From an uncultured bacterium (lineage in GTDB: Bacteria; Zhuqueibacterota; QNDG01; DTFT01): a DNA stretch of 64,000 nt. A program made the position numbers and the translations under genes. This document shows positions 1 through 12,917 of this stretch, piece by piece. The notes beneath the pieces are model-generated. The model was not told the origin of the DNA. It made no database searches and saw only the letters and a list, made by a program, of their open reading frames with translations. Positions within the stretch are counted from its first letter, which is position 1. Every line of letters begins with the position of its first letter. The stretch lies in the NCBI GenBank assembly GCA_963736115.1, contig CAVTNR010000014.1, positions 1-64,000 of the forward strand, given 5' to 3'.

Positions 1-504
1 GGCACGGCTGGTGACCGGCCTGCTTCCCGACGCCGGCGCCCTCAACCTGGCGATCTGGTTTCACGATTGCGTCTATGACCCCATGGCCAGGGACAACGAA
101 GCCATGAGCGCGAAGCTGTTCGCGAACTTGCCGCGCCGGTGATGGCATCACCGCTGGTGGACGACGTCGAGCGCCTGGTGCTGGTGACTCAAGCCGGCCA
201 GGTGCCTGGACGGGTCGACGAAAGCTACATGGTCGACGTCGATCTATCGAGCTTCGGATTACCCTGGGAACCTTTCCTGGCGGACAGCCTTGCGGTGCGA
301 GCCGAGCGGCCGCACCTGACCGACCAGCAGTACGCGGTCCAGCAGTCGAGGTTCCTGAACAGCCTGCTGGAGCGCGACGCAGTGTTCGCTACCGATTTCT
401 TCAGGAAGCGCTACGAGGATGTCGCGCGCGCTCGAATATCAGCCGATATCTCCAGTCGATCTCGCCGGCGCTCCCGTGAATCTGGATCTGCCAGGCCGGA
501 TTGA
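1..504 (+). CDS. Predicted HD-superfamily metal-dependent phosphohydrolase (COG4339-like), 5'-partial, frameshift near 135
   Basis: Frame 2 from the window start reads LAIWFHDCVYDP..DNE..SA; continues in ORF 139-504 with VDVDLSSFG..VRAE. Confidence 0.7.
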
Positions 505-524
505 CGCATGACCGTCGAGGCCGA
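495..524 (+). repeat. 30-bp direct repeat, copy 1
   Basis: GCCGGATTGACGCATGACCGTCGAGGCCGA, 28/30 identical to 4583-4612; contains the HD gene stop (502-504) and the MFS start (508). Confidence 0.85.
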
Positions 525-2196
525 ACGCGGGACATCCCGGTTTGAGCGCTGGCGCAGCGCGACGCTGGCTCCATTCGAACATCGCGCATTCGCGCTGTTC
601 TGGTGGGCCTCGCTTGCCTCGTCATTCGGCACCATGATCCAGACGGTGGGCGCCTCGTGGCTCATGGCCACGATCGCTCCCTCCGCCGACCAGGTCGCGC
701 TGGTCCAGACTGCGAACGCCCTGCCCTACTTCTTCCTGTCGCTGGTGGCCGGCGCACTCGCCGACACGCGCGACCGCCGGTCGATCATGCTGGTCGCGCA
801 GACGCTGGCACTGCTGGCGTCGGCGGCACTGGCAATCGTGATGCTCACCGGCGGCGTCACGCCGCCGACCCTGCTCGGGCTGACCTTCCTGATCGGCTGC
901 GGCGGCGCTGCATTTGCACCTGCCTGGCAGGCGTCGATCGGGGACCAGGTGCCGCGCACGCAGATCGCGTCGGCCGTGATGGCGAACGCGGTCAGCTTCA
1001 ATCTCGCCGGAGTACTCGGGCCGGCGATCGGCGGCATCATCGTGGCGGCAGTCGGTGCAGCCGCGGCGTTTATCCTCAACGCCGTGTCGTACCTGGGCAT
1101 CATCGCGACACTTGCCTGGTGGCGGCCTGCAAGGGCACGCAGCGAGCTGCCGCCGGAGCCGCTGGGCACGGCGATTGCGGCCGGCGTGCGCTACGTCGGC
1201 CTTTCGCCGCACCTGCTCGCCATCCTGCTGCGTTGCGTGCTCTACACGATTCCGATCGCTGCCGTGATGGCGCTGATGCCCATCGTGGCCCGTGACCTGC
1301 TCGGCGGTGGAGCCGCCACCTACGGCATCCTGCTCGGCGGCTTTGGCGTCGGGGCGATGCTGGGCGCGCTCTCCAGCGCCACATTGCGCGGCCGCGTGAC
1401 CAGCGATGTCCTGCTGCGCATCCTGTCCGCGCTCGCCTGCGTGGCGATGATCGTGATCGGGCAGAGCCGCTGGGCGGCGCTCACCTTCCTGGCGCACGTA
1501 CTCGCGGGTGCCGTCTGGACGCAGGGTTTCGCGAATTTCAACATCGCCATCCAGCTCTCCTCGCCTCGCTGGGTGACGGGACGGATGCTGGCGACCTACC
1601 AGACCATTGCGTTCGCCAGCATCGCGCTCGGCAGCTGGTGGTGGGGCCAGTTCGCAAGCGCAGCCGGGGTTCGCGAGTCGTTGACGGTGGCCGGGGTCGC
1701 ATCACTGCTGTCGCTGGCGGCTGCGCGCTGGCTGCCGATGGATGTGGAGCGTCTTGGCTCGCTGGATCCACGCGTCCGGACCGGACGAGCCCCGCCCAGC
1801 GTCTACATACATCCGGCATCGGGCCCGATCGTCGTCGTCATCGAGTACCGGGTTCTGCCCGAACACGCAGTCGAGTTCGTCGCCGTGATCAATGAAGTCG
1901 GCCGCATCCGGCGACGGGACGGAGCGCGCGCGTGGTGGATCAGCAGGACATCGACACCGTGGAACACTGGGTCGAGCGCTTCGAGAGAGCCCGACGTGGG
2001 TGGATCACCTGCGATGGCGCAGTCGACCGACCGAGTCGGACCAGCTTGTCCGTACGCGCCTCAACTCGCTGATCGTCGATCAGCAGGCGAGCGTGCGCGG
2101 CCTGGTCGGCCTCCGGGGGCGCAGCCACTGGGAGCACCGCCAGGGTCTCCGCGGGATATCGCCAGGACCGGGCACGGCGCACATGGCGAATGGTGA
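508..2196 (+). CDS. MFS transporter (MFS_3/DUF894 type) with C-terminal soluble domain; indels near 1940-2105
   Basis: About 12 hydrophobic segments, GALADTRDRR and PAWQASIGDQVP motifs; the C-terminal RRRDGA..W..ERF..PTW.DHLR motif is split over frames. Confidence 0.85.
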   Translation: MTVEAERGTSRFERWRSATLAPFEHRAFALFWWASLASSFGTMIQTVGASWLMATIAPSADQVALVQTANALPYFFLSLVAGALADTRDRRSIMLVAQTLALLASAALAIVMLTGGVTPPTLLGLTFLIGCGGAAFAPAWQASIGDQVPRTQIASAVMANAVSFNLAGVLGPAIGGIIVAAVGAAAAFILNAVSYLGIIATLAWWRPARARSELPPEPLGTAIAAGVRYVGLSPHLLAILLRCVLYTIPIAAVMALMPIVARDLLGGGAATYGILLGGFGVGAMLGALSSATLRGRVTSDVLLRILSALACVAMIVIGQSRWAALTFLAHVLAGAVWTQGFANFNIAIQLSSPRWVTGRMLATYQTIAFASIALGSWWWGQFASAAGVRESLTVAGVASLLSLAAARWLPMDVERLGSLDPRVRTGRAPPSVYIHPASGPIVVVIEYRVLPEHAVEFVAVINEVGRIRRRDGARAWWISRTSTPWNTGSSASREPDVGGSPAMAQSTDRVGPACPYAPQLADRRSAGERARPGRPPGAQPLGAPPGSPRDIARTGHGAHGEW

Positions 2197-4554
<2,358 letters not shown>

Positions 4555-4571
4555 CTGCAGAAGGATGAGCT

Positions 4572-4606
4572 TCGACGGTCATGCCGGATCGACGCATGAC
4601 CGCCGA
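4572..4606. terminator. Hairpin between convergent katG and MFS genes
   Basis: TCGACGGTCATGC-N9-GCATGACCGCCGA, 12/13 pairs; no U tract. Confidence 0.45.
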
Positions 4607-4612
4607 GGCCGA
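4583..4612 (+). repeat. 30-bp direct repeat, copy 2
   Basis: GCCGGATCGACGCATGACCGCCGAGGCCGA, 28/30 identical to 495-524. Confidence 0.85.
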
Positions 4613-4641
4613 GGACTGGACATGGGGGCCGGGGACGCCGG

Positions 4642-5891
4642 CTACTCCCAGTCCTTCTCGAGTCGCCTTGCCGACAGCAGGAACAGTGCCACTGCGACCA
4701 GGTAGAAAGAGGTGCCGGCGAGTATCGCGTAGCGCAACGAATCCACGCCGTAGCGAATCGAGAAGATATCCGACAGCGCGCCGAGCATGACGGTGCCGAG
4801 CCCGATGCCGATCAGGTTGTTGATGAACAGGAAGATCGCCGACGCCGTGGTACGCATGTGCGGCGGCACGACGTGCTGGATCGAGGAGAGCACCGGGCCG
4901 AGCCAGACCAGCCCGAGGCCCGTCGGCACGACCAGCAGGAAGAAGCTTGCCAGGAGCGACGACGAAGCCATCGCGCCGAGGTAGAAAGGGATGGTCGCGA
5001 CGAACGCCGCCGCAGGAATATACGCGTAGACACGCCGCCGCGCCGTCCCAGCCGGTCCGCCAGCGAGCCGCCGAGCCAGAGTCCCGCGATGCCGCCGATC
5101 AGCAGGATTGCGCCGAAGTACAGCGAGGCATCGAGCAGCGAGAGTCCATAGCTGCGCACCAGGAAAGACGGCAGCCAGAAGAAAAGACCGTAACCCATCA
5201 TGGAGGACGCGGACGCGCCAAGCGACAGGCCCCAGAAACTCGGCTTGCGGGCGAGCACGCGAACGACCGCGCCGATGCCGGCCGGCGCTGGGGGCCATGC
5301 CTGTGGCGCGTCGAAGCGACCCCGCTGCGGCTCGCGCACCACGATCTTGAAGAGGGGCGCCACCAGCAGCCCGGCCGCGCCCACGATCATGAACGCCGCG
5401 CGCCAGTCGATGTGTGACGCGATGAATCCCCCGAACAGGATGCCCAGCGCGCTGCCGATCGGCACGCCGAATGAATAGACAGCGAGCGCACGGGCCCGTT
5501 GCCCCGACGGGAAATAGTCCGCGACCAGCGAGTAGCATGGGGCGACCCCGCCGGCCTCGCCGACGCCTACACCCAGCCGGGCGAAAAACAGCTGCCAGAA
5601 GCTCTGCGCCAATCCGCAGGCCGCGGTCATGGCGCTCCAGAGGACCAGTGCCACGGTTACGATCACCGAGCGATTTCTTCGGTCGGCCAGCACCGCGATC
5701 GGAATTCCGAGCAGCGTGTAGAACAGCGCGAATGCGAGCCCACCCATCAATCCCAGTTGGGTGTCCGAGAGGCCGAGGTCGGCCTTGATCGGCACCGCGA
5801 GGATGCCCACGATCTGGCGATCGATGAAGTTGAACGTATAGACGAGCACCAGCATCGCCAGCACCGTGTAACGGTAGCGCGGATTCTCCAT
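4642..5891 (-). CDS. Spinster-family MFS transporter (frameshift near 5045)
   Basis: YTFNFIDRQIVGIL..IKADLGLSDTQLG and ARLGVGVGEAG; the C-terminal half continues in ORF 4642-5982. Confidence 0.88.
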
Positions 5892-6119
5892 TACCGGCTT
5901 GGACGGGCTCACGGTTGCGAAAGTACCATGGCAACGCGCATGAGTTTCGATCCGTGCTCGCACCGGCTCGATTGGCGCCCAATCTGGCGGGTGCAGCCTC
6001 ATTGATCGTATTGTCGAGGTATCCTTGGCGTGCCGCTGCGGCCGCAAAGGCTGCACGTCAACAGGAATGCTCCCGATGAACAGGATATTTCGCTGGTGGC
6101 CTGCGCTGGTCGTCCTTCT

Positions 6120-7072
6120 ATCAACTCGAAATCCGCTTCAGTCTCGCCCGGGAATCCGACCATGATGTCGGTGGTGAGCCCGAGATATGGCATCCGTTCC
6201 CGGGCCTTTCGGACTATTTCCAGGTAGTGTTTCCGGTCGTATTTCCGGTTCATCCGCTCGAGAATCCGGTCCGAGCCTGACTGCACGGGCAGGTGGAGAT
6301 GCGGGCAGACAGCCGGCGTTTCGGCCATCGCGTCCAGCAGGCGTTCCGTCAGGTCCTTGGGATGCGAGGTCATGAACCGGACGCGGAGCAGCCCGTCTAC
6401 GGCCGCGGTCCGGCGCAGCAGATCCGCGAAATCCATCTCCCCATCGCGCCACGAATTGACGTTCTGTCCGAGCAGGGTGATTTCGCGGAAGCCCCTGCCG
6501 GCCAGGGATTCGATTTCCGACAGGATGTCTCCGGCCGGACGGCAGCGTTCGGGACCGCGGGTGTACGGGACGATGCAGTACGAACAGAAATTCACGCACC
6601 CGCGCGAGACCGTGACCCAGGCGTTGAAGCCGGAATCCCGCATCGGCCGGATGCCCCCGTACAGTTCCTCCGGCCTGAACAACGTGTCCGTGGCAGGAGA
6701 AGAAGATCCGGAAATCAGTTCGGGCAAGCTCCGGTATCCGTCCGGGCCCACGATGAAATCAACGCACGGCCTGAGTTCGCCGAGGGACGCGCCGAGACGC
6801 TGGGCCATGCATCCAAGCACGCCGATGCGCCGGTTCGGGGAGAGGCGTTTCCACCCGGCCAGGACGCCGAGCCGGCCGAGCACCCGACGTTCCGCGTGTT
6901 CCCGAACGGAGCAGGTGTTGACGAGCACGACATCGGCCGATTCCCAATGTTCGGCCATGGGATAGCCGCTTTCGTCCAGCAGGCCGCGTATCAACTCGGA
7001 ATCATTTTTATTCATCTGACAGCCGTAGGTTTCGACGAAAATCGACGGCCGTCCGGAAAGGCTTGCTTCCAT
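6120..7072 (-). pseudogene. miaB: tRNA methylthiotransferase MiaB, 3'-truncated at the segment junction (no TRAM domain)
   Basis: ETYGCQMN, NTCSVR, GCMAQ, radical SAM GCVNFCSYC, LHLPVQSGS, DIMVGFPGETEADF; recognisable homology stops immediately after, and the reading frame runs on to 5999. Confidence 0.85.
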
Positions 7073-7081
7073 ATCATTTGC

Positions 7082-7110
7082 AATTTAGCGGATAATTGCC
7101 TTCAAATCAA
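7082..7110 (-). promoter_or_regulatory. sigma70-like promoter of miaB (nearly leaderless)
   Basis: Minus strand TTGATT-17-TAAATT ending 9 nt before the ATG. Confidence 0.5.
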
Positions 7111-7432
7111 CGTTTTTCTTGCCTGCAGTGCAGGTTTTCGGATCATCTGCGTCATCCGCTTTCCCGCAACCTCCCCAAAAAGTAAAATTGCCACGGAAGC
7201 ATAAAGGGACATCCCCTCTATTAAAAGGAGAAGGATATCATGTATATGGTTCATGCGCGGCTTCGTTTTTATGATGTCCATGATCTTCTATGAGCTTTTT
7301 AGTGTTTATTCCGCGGTGGTTTCTTTGAAGAAGACGCAGGCTGAAATGATTTGAATCCCGGACCATCCCGACCATCAAAAATGGGGGAGGAAAACCCGAA
7401 TCTGACAAAAACCTAAAAAATTCATTTTCCAC

Positions 7433-7461
7433 TTGACTTTAAGGAATTTCTTTTGCATACT
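7433..7461 (+). promoter_or_regulatory. sigma70-like promoter of the dcw cluster
   Basis: TTGACT-17-CATACT in an AT-rich region upstream of mraZ. Confidence 0.6.
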
Positions 7462-7540
7462 AAGGTGGGTCGAAATTCCGTAAAAAACCTTAAAATACCG
7501 CAGCAAGGTTGGATCAGGCACATTTTGGGATGAATCGATA

Positions 7541-7996
7541 ATGCCATTCTTTACAGGAAGTTACGATTATACTGTCGATTCCAAAGGCCGGATGAATATC
7601 CCTGCCAGCTTCCGGAAACAGCTGAGTACCGGTCAGGCCGATGCCAATGTTTTCATCACGCTCAATAAAATCCAAAATTTCACCTTCCTCTGCATTCTGA
7701 CCCAGGAGCATTTTCAGGCGGTTTCATCAGAACCGTCGCTTTCAAGCGGCGGTCCGTTCGATCCGGATCCCGCCAAGATGCGGCGTTTCCTCTCCATTAT
7801 GAAGGAAGCGCAGGACTGCCATTACGACGAGCAGGGACGGCTCATCATTCCGAAGAAATTCATAGAAAAGGCCGATATTAGGGGGCAAGTCACGATCGTC
7901 GGTGCCAGAGAGTATATCCAGCTCTGGAATCCCGATGCGTTCCAGAAGTACATCGGATATCCGGACGCCGGGGACGCCGCTTCCGCGGCGCCCTGA
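7541..7996 (+). CDS. mraZ: Transcriptional regulator MraZ
   Basis: Two DxxGRxxIP motifs; first gene before rsmH. Confidence 0.92.
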   Translation: MPFFTGSYDYTVDSKGRMNIPASFRKQLSTGQADANVFITLNKIQNFTFLCILTQEHFQAVSSEPSLSSGGPFDPDPAKMRRFLSIMKEAQDCHYDEQGRLIIPKKFIEKADIRGQVTIVGAREYIQLWNPDAFQKYIGYPDAGDAASAAP

Positions 7997-8017
7997 TCCG
8001 GGAACCCGGACGATATC

Positions 8018-8944
8018 GTGAACGAATCCGCGTATCATGAACCGGTACTGGTACGGGAAGTGTTGGATTACCTGGTCACCACCGATTCTGGAGTGTACGT
8101 GGACGCAACCCTCGGAGGCGGAGGTCACTCGCAGGCCGTTCTCGGGCGGCTCGGTCCGGAAGGCCGTCTCTTCGGTCTGGACCGGGACGCGGAGGCGGTG
8201 GCCTTCAGCCGTTCCCGGCTCGCTTCATACGGATCCCGCGCCGTTCTGGCGCGGGGCGAATTCGCTTCCCTCGATTCGGCCGCGGCATCGGCCGGCTTCA
8301 CCCATGCTGACGGCATTCTCTTTGACCTCGGCGTTTCCTCGAGACAACTCGACTCGGCGGCGAGGGGATTCAGCTACCGGATGGACAGTCCACTGGACCT
8401 CCGCATGGATGACCGCCTGCCGGCCACTGCGGCCGATATCCTCAACGCACTGCCGGAGCGCGAGCTCGCCGACCTGATCTTCCGGTACGGGGAGGAGCGG
8501 AACAGCCGGCGCATCGCCCGCTCCGTGGTTCGCAGCCGGGAACGCGGGCCGATCACGACCACGACAGGACTGGCCGATGCGGTGCGCCGGGGCGGGGCCG
8601 GGCCGTTTCCGGCGAAAACCCTGTCGCGTGTTTTTCAGGCCCTGCGCATGAAAGTGAACGACGAGCCCGGCCAGCTGGCGGCCGGACTGGAAAAGGCGGA
8701 ACACCTGCTCCGGCCGGGAGGCCGGCTGGTGGTCATCTCCTATCATTCCCTCGAAGACCGCGCGGTCAAGCGTTTCCTCAGGGGGCCTGAACCCCCGGCG
8801 CCGCGATTGGCGGCCCTGCTGCCGGCGCCGCCGGCCCGGTTCCGGGTGCTCACACGCCGCGCCATGACGCCCTCTCCCGAAGAATGCGAAAAGAACCCGC
8901 GCAGCCGGAGCGCCAGGCTCCGCGCCGCGGAAAAGAACGCCTGA
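8018..8944 (+). CDS. rsmH: 16S rRNA m4C1402 methyltransferase
   Basis: HEPVL, DATLGGGGHS, DLGVSS, PLDLRMD, SYHSLEDR, NPRSRSARLR. Confidence 0.96.
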   Translation: MNESAYHEPVLVREVLDYLVTTDSGVYVDATLGGGGHSQAVLGRLGPEGRLFGLDRDAEAVAFSRSRLASYGSRAVLARGEFASLDSAAASAGFTHADGILFDLGVSSRQLDSAARGFSYRMDSPLDLRMDDRLPATAADILNALPERELADLIFRYGEERNSRRIARSVVRSRERGPITTTTGLADAVRRGGAGPFPAKTLSRVFQALRMKVNDEPGQLAAGLEKAEHLLRPGGRLVVISYHSLEDRAVKRFLRGPEPPAPRLAALLPAPPARFRVLTRRAMTPSPEECEKNPRSRSARLRAAEKNA

Positions 8945-8947
8945 CGG

Positions 8948-9403
8948 ATGAATATGAACCCGAGAGCCAACCGACCCCTTCAGAATCAACGGCGCCCCGG
9001 CCGGAACAAAAGCCGCGGAGGCCTGATCACGCTCATCCTGATCCTGGACGCGGCCTTCATCCTCTTTCATCTGTGGGGCCGCGTGCAGATCGACTTCGCG
9101 GTCCGGGCCAACCAGAAATTGTCGTCCCGGCGCCAGCGGCTCCAGGCCGAGGTCGCCGACCATTCCGCGCGGAACGAAAGACTCAGAAGCTACGAACGGA
9201 TCTCCGGACTTGCGAAGTTGATGGGGATCGAGTCCGTGTCTTCGGACCGGCTCGAACACCTGCCCGTGGACCTGCGGGGACTGGACCGTCCGGATCCGTC
9301 CGACGGAAGCGGCGTCGCGCTCGCGGGCATGGCTTCCTTCGGGAGCCGGCTGAACCCGCCCGGACGGAAGGGAATGCGGACAGGGGGAGCGGATGTTCGA
9401 TAA
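8948..9403 (+). CDS. ftsL: FtsL-like cell division protein
   Basis: Basic N-terminus, one TM helix, coiled coil; position between rsmH and ftsI. Confidence 0.7.
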   Translation: MNMNPRANRPLQNQRRPGRNKSRGGLITLILILDAAFILFHLWGRVQIDFAVRANQKLSSRRQRLQAEVADHSARNERLRSYERISGLAKLMGIESVSSDRLEHLPVDLRGLDRPDPSDGSGVALAGMASFGSRLNPPGRKGMRTGGADVR

Positions 9404-11459
9404 CCGCGGACACGAGCCTGTGAACGGCCGCGACGTTAAGCGGCTGAGGGGGGCGGCGCTTGTGCTCCTTCTCGGCGTCGTGCTGGTCCTGTTCGAGAGC
9501 TACCGGATACAGGTCTGGAAACGCGGCCAATACACGGCCATCCGGCCGGACGACCGCCGCCGCACGGAATGGCTGGCGAAACGCGGTGTCATCCGCGACC
9601 GTTACGGAAATCCGCTCGCGACCGATCTGCCTTCCTACACGCTGTCCGTGGATCCCACGGTGATGGGCGGATTCCGCAGAGCGGCGGCTGTTTTTACGGA
9701 GGCGCTCGGCGGGGAACGCGAAGGCTATCTTCGGCTCCTGTCCCGGAATGCGCGGAATGAATTCGTAACCGTTCACCGCCATGTGTCCGAGGAGCAGAAG
9801 GCCGCCCTTGAAGCCGCCGGGCTCCGGGGTCTGCTGTTCAATCCCAGCCGTCTGCGCATTCACCCCGTGGGACGGGTCGGACTGCCGGTGGTGGGCCGGA
9901 TCAACGGGGATCGCCGCGGCATATCCGGAATTGAAATGCAGTTTGAGACGGTGCTGTCCGGCGAGAACGGGTGGCGGTTCCTGCAGGTCGACGGGCGGAA
10001 CCGTCTGCATGCCTGCCCGGACGAATACGATCGGCCGCCCCGCGACGGCCGCGACGTCCGGCTCACTCTGGATCCGACGCTTCAGACCATCGTCGAGGAC
10101 GAACTGCGGCGGGGTCTGGTGCGGTACAAGGCCGCAGCCGGTTCCGCCGTGCTGATGAATCCCGCCAACGGAGAAGTGCTCGCCATGGCTTCGGTGACGG
10201 CCGAAGATCCCGCGGACGCGGCCGTCGGCAACGAGGAGGGGCTCCAGAACCGGGCGGTTCAGGCGGTTTTCGAACCGGGATCGACGCTCAAAGTCGTAAC
10301 CGCGGCAGCCGCGCTCGAGGAGGGTGTGTTCAAGCCCGATTCACCCATCCACTGCGAGAATGGAGAGTTCCGTTTCGCGGGCCGCATGCTGCATGATCAC
10401 GACAAGAAATACGGAAAACTCAGCTTCAGCCGGGTACTCGAGGTTTCATCGAATATCGGCATCGCCAAGGTGACCCGGAAACTCGGCCGGAAACGGCTCT
10501 ACAAGTCCATACAGGCATTCGGATTCGGCACGCGCACCGCCGTCGACCTGCCCGGAGAGGCGGGCGGCAGTCTGCCGCCCGTATACGGATGGAACGACTT
10601 CACCACGGCCACGATCGGATTCGGCCAGGGGATCTCCGTGACCACACTACAGGTGGCGGGCATGATGGCCGCCGTGGCCAACGGCGGAGAACTGCTGAAG
10701 CCGCGGATCGTCCTGTCCGTCCAGGAATCGGACGGCCGCGAAACAGCACCCGGCCAGAGGGAAGTTCTGCGCCGCGTGCTGCACCCGGAGACCGCGGCCC
10801 GTCTCTCGGAAATACTGGAACGCGCTGTGTTCCAGGGCAGCGGCGCGGCCGCAGGCGTACCGGGCATCCGCGTCGCGGGCAAGACCGGCACGGCACAGAA
10901 GTCCGCGCCCGGAAGCCGGGGTTACACGCCTGGGCTGTACACCAGTTCATTCGCCGGTTTCTGGCCCTGTGAAGCGCCGCGTTTCGCGCTGGTCGTGGTG
11001 CTGGAGGAGCCCAGACAGGAATACTATGCGGCATCCTCCGCGGCGCCCATTTTCGCCTCCGTGGTTCAGCGTATCGTGGGCCTTCCCTCCTCGCCCTGGA
11101 TGATCCGCAGGGACGGCGACGCGCTGGCGGCTCATTCCGGGCCGGGCCGCGTCGCCGCTGAACCGGCCGCGGCCGGAAACGCCCGTTTCGTGCTGGCGTC
11201 CTCGGAAACGCCGGGCGGGTCCCGGGCCGCGTCGCCGCGGCGCGGGAGAAGCGAAACGCCGGCTGGCACCGTGCCGGATCTGACCGGACTGAGCCTGCGC
11301 GAGGCGCTCACGGCGCTTGCGGAACGGAAAATCGAAGCCCGGGTCAGGGGCGAGGGCGTGGTCACGGCGCAGTCGCCGGAACCGGGGAGCCGGATTGCAT
11401 CCGGCATGGTATGCTTTATCGCGTGCGAATCCAAACGCTCCGGAGAAACCGCCAGATGA
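9393..11459 (+). CDS. ftsI: Division transpeptidase PBP3 with C-terminal PASTA domain
   Basis: RGVIRDRYG, EPGSTLK (SxxK), SSN, KTGT, VPDLTGLSLREA. Confidence 0.93.
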   Translation: MFDNRGHEPVNGRDVKRLRGAALVLLLGVVLVLFESYRIQVWKRGQYTAIRPDDRRRTEWLAKRGVIRDRYGNPLATDLPSYTLSVDPTVMGGFRRAAAVFTEALGGEREGYLRLLSRNARNEFVTVHRHVSEEQKAALEAAGLRGLLFNPSRLRIHPVGRVGLPVVGRINGDRRGISGIEMQFETVLSGENGWRFLQVDGRNRLHACPDEYDRPPRDGRDVRLTLDPTLQTIVEDELRRGLVRYKAAAGSAVLMNPANGEVLAMASVTAEDPADAAVGNEEGLQNRAVQAVFEPGSTLKVVTAAAALEEGVFKPDSPIHCENGEFRFAGRMLHDHDKKYGKLSFSRVLEVSSNIGIAKVTRKLGRKRLYKSIQAFGFGTRTAVDLPGEAGGSLPPVYGWNDFTTATIGFGQGISVTTLQVAGMMAAVANGGELLKPRIVLSVQESDGRETAPGQREVLRRVLHPETAARLSEILERAVFQGSGAAAGVPGIRVAGKTGTAQKSAPGSRGYTPGLYTSSFAGFWPCEAPRFALVVVLEEPRQEYYAASSAAPIFASVVQRIVGLPSSPWMIRRDGDALAAHSGPGRVAAEPAAAGNARFVLASSETPGGSRAASPRRGRSETPAGTVPDLTGLSLREALTALAERKIEARVRGEGVVTAQSPEPGSRIASGMVCFIACESKRSGETAR

Positions 11460-12916
11460 TGACACTCGCCGAACTGTGCCGCGGACTGGCACCGTTCCCG
11501 GAGCCGGCCGGTTCCGTCGGCATCAGCGATGTGGTTTATGATTCCCGGCAAGTCTCGCCGGGCGCGCTCTTCGCGGCGGTGACCGGCTTTCAGCGGGACG
11601 GCCGGAAATACATCGACGACGCCGTCAGGCGGGGCGCGGCCGCCGTGCTGGCGGAAGGGGCGGTCGATGGATGCCCCGTGCCCGTCATCCGCTGTGATTC
11701 CGTGAGGCGGACCCTGGCACAGCTGGCGGCCCGCTTCTTCGGCGATCCGTCCCGGTCCCTCATGGTCGCGGGCGTGACCGGCACCAACGGAAAAACCACG
11801 ATTTCCTTTCTGCTCGAGTCCGTGTTTCGGGTCGCGGGTTTCGAACCCGGGCTGATCGGCACGATCGCCTACCGCTGGAAGGGCCATGAGGAGGCCGCGC
11901 CCCGCACGACGCCGGAATCCGCGGACCTCCAGCGGATGCTGCGGGACATGAAGTCCGCGGGCGTCTGCGCGGTGGCGATGGAAGTGTCGTCGCATGCGTT
12001 GTCCCTGGACCGGGCGTTGGGCATCGAATTCCAGGCCGCGGTATTCACCAATCTGACCCGCGACCACCTTGATTTTCACGGCACGCTAGAGGCCTACGGC
12101 GAAGCGAAAGCGAGACTGTTCAGCCAGCTCCGGCCTGACGGCGTCGCGATCGTCAACGCGGACGACCCGGCGTCGGACCGGGTGACGGCTTCCTGGAAGG
12201 GCCGAAAGGCGTCGGTCGGCTTCGATGCGCCGGCCGCGGAATACAGGATTCTGGATGTCCGGCTCGACGGGCCGGTCACGCGTTTCGTTCTGGACCGAGC
12301 CGGCCTCAGGACGGAGTGGGGTACGGCACTGTGGGGCCGCTTCAACGCGTTCAATGCCGCGGCTGCTGCGGTCACCGGCCTGGAGCTCGGTCTGGAGACC
12401 GGCGCGGTGGCCGAGGGCATTCTGCGGATGATGCGCGTGCCCGGCCGGATGGAGGGGTTCGTCACGAAGAAGGGCGTGCGCGTGGTGGTCGATTATGCCC
12501 ACACGCCGGACGCGCTGGACAACGTTCTCGCCGCGCTCCGCGGATTCACGGCCGGCCGGGTGATTACGGTGTTCGGCTGCGGCGGAGACCGGGACCGCGG
12601 AAAGCGCCCCGAAATGGGCGGCATCGCCGCCCTGCGGTGCGACCGCGTGTTCGTCACTTCGGACAACCCGCGTACCGAGGATCCGGACGCGATTCTCACC
12701 GACATTCTCGCCGGAATCGACGACGCCTCGAACGTGACGTCCGTTCCGGACCGCGAGGAGGCTATACGTTCCGCGCTGGACGACGCGGCCTCCGGCGATA
12801 CCGTGCTGATCGCGGGCAAGGGGCACGAGGATTATCAGGAGATACTGGGCATCCGCCGGCCGTTCAACGACCGACGCACGGCCGAAGCCCATCTTCAGGA
12901 ACGCGGAGACTTGTGA
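11456..12916 (+). CDS. murE: UDP-MurNAc-dipeptide:meso-DAP ligase
   Basis: GVTGTNGKTT, MEVSSH, DYAHTPD, DNPR (DAP specificity), AGKGHE; ATGA overlap with ftsI. Confidence 0.96.
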   Translation: MMTLAELCRGLAPFPEPAGSVGISDVVYDSRQVSPGALFAAVTGFQRDGRKYIDDAVRRGAAAVLAEGAVDGCPVPVIRCDSVRRTLAQLAARFFGDPSRSLMVAGVTGTNGKTTISFLLESVFRVAGFEPGLIGTIAYRWKGHEEAAPRTTPESADLQRMLRDMKSAGVCAVAMEVSSHALSLDRALGIEFQAAVFTNLTRDHLDFHGTLEAYGEAKARLFSQLRPDGVAIVNADDPASDRVTASWKGRKASVGFDAPAAEYRILDVRLDGPVTRFVLDRAGLRTEWGTALWGRFNAFNAAAAAVTGLELGLETGAVAEGILRMMRVPGRMEGFVTKKGVRVVVDYAHTPDALDNVLAALRGFTAGRVITVFGCGGDRDRGKRPEMGGIAALRCDRVFVTSDNPRTEDPDAILTDILAGIDDASNVTSVPDREEAIRSALDDAASGDTVLIAGKGHEDYQEILGIRRPFNDRRTAEAHLQERGDL

Positions 12917-12917
12917 C

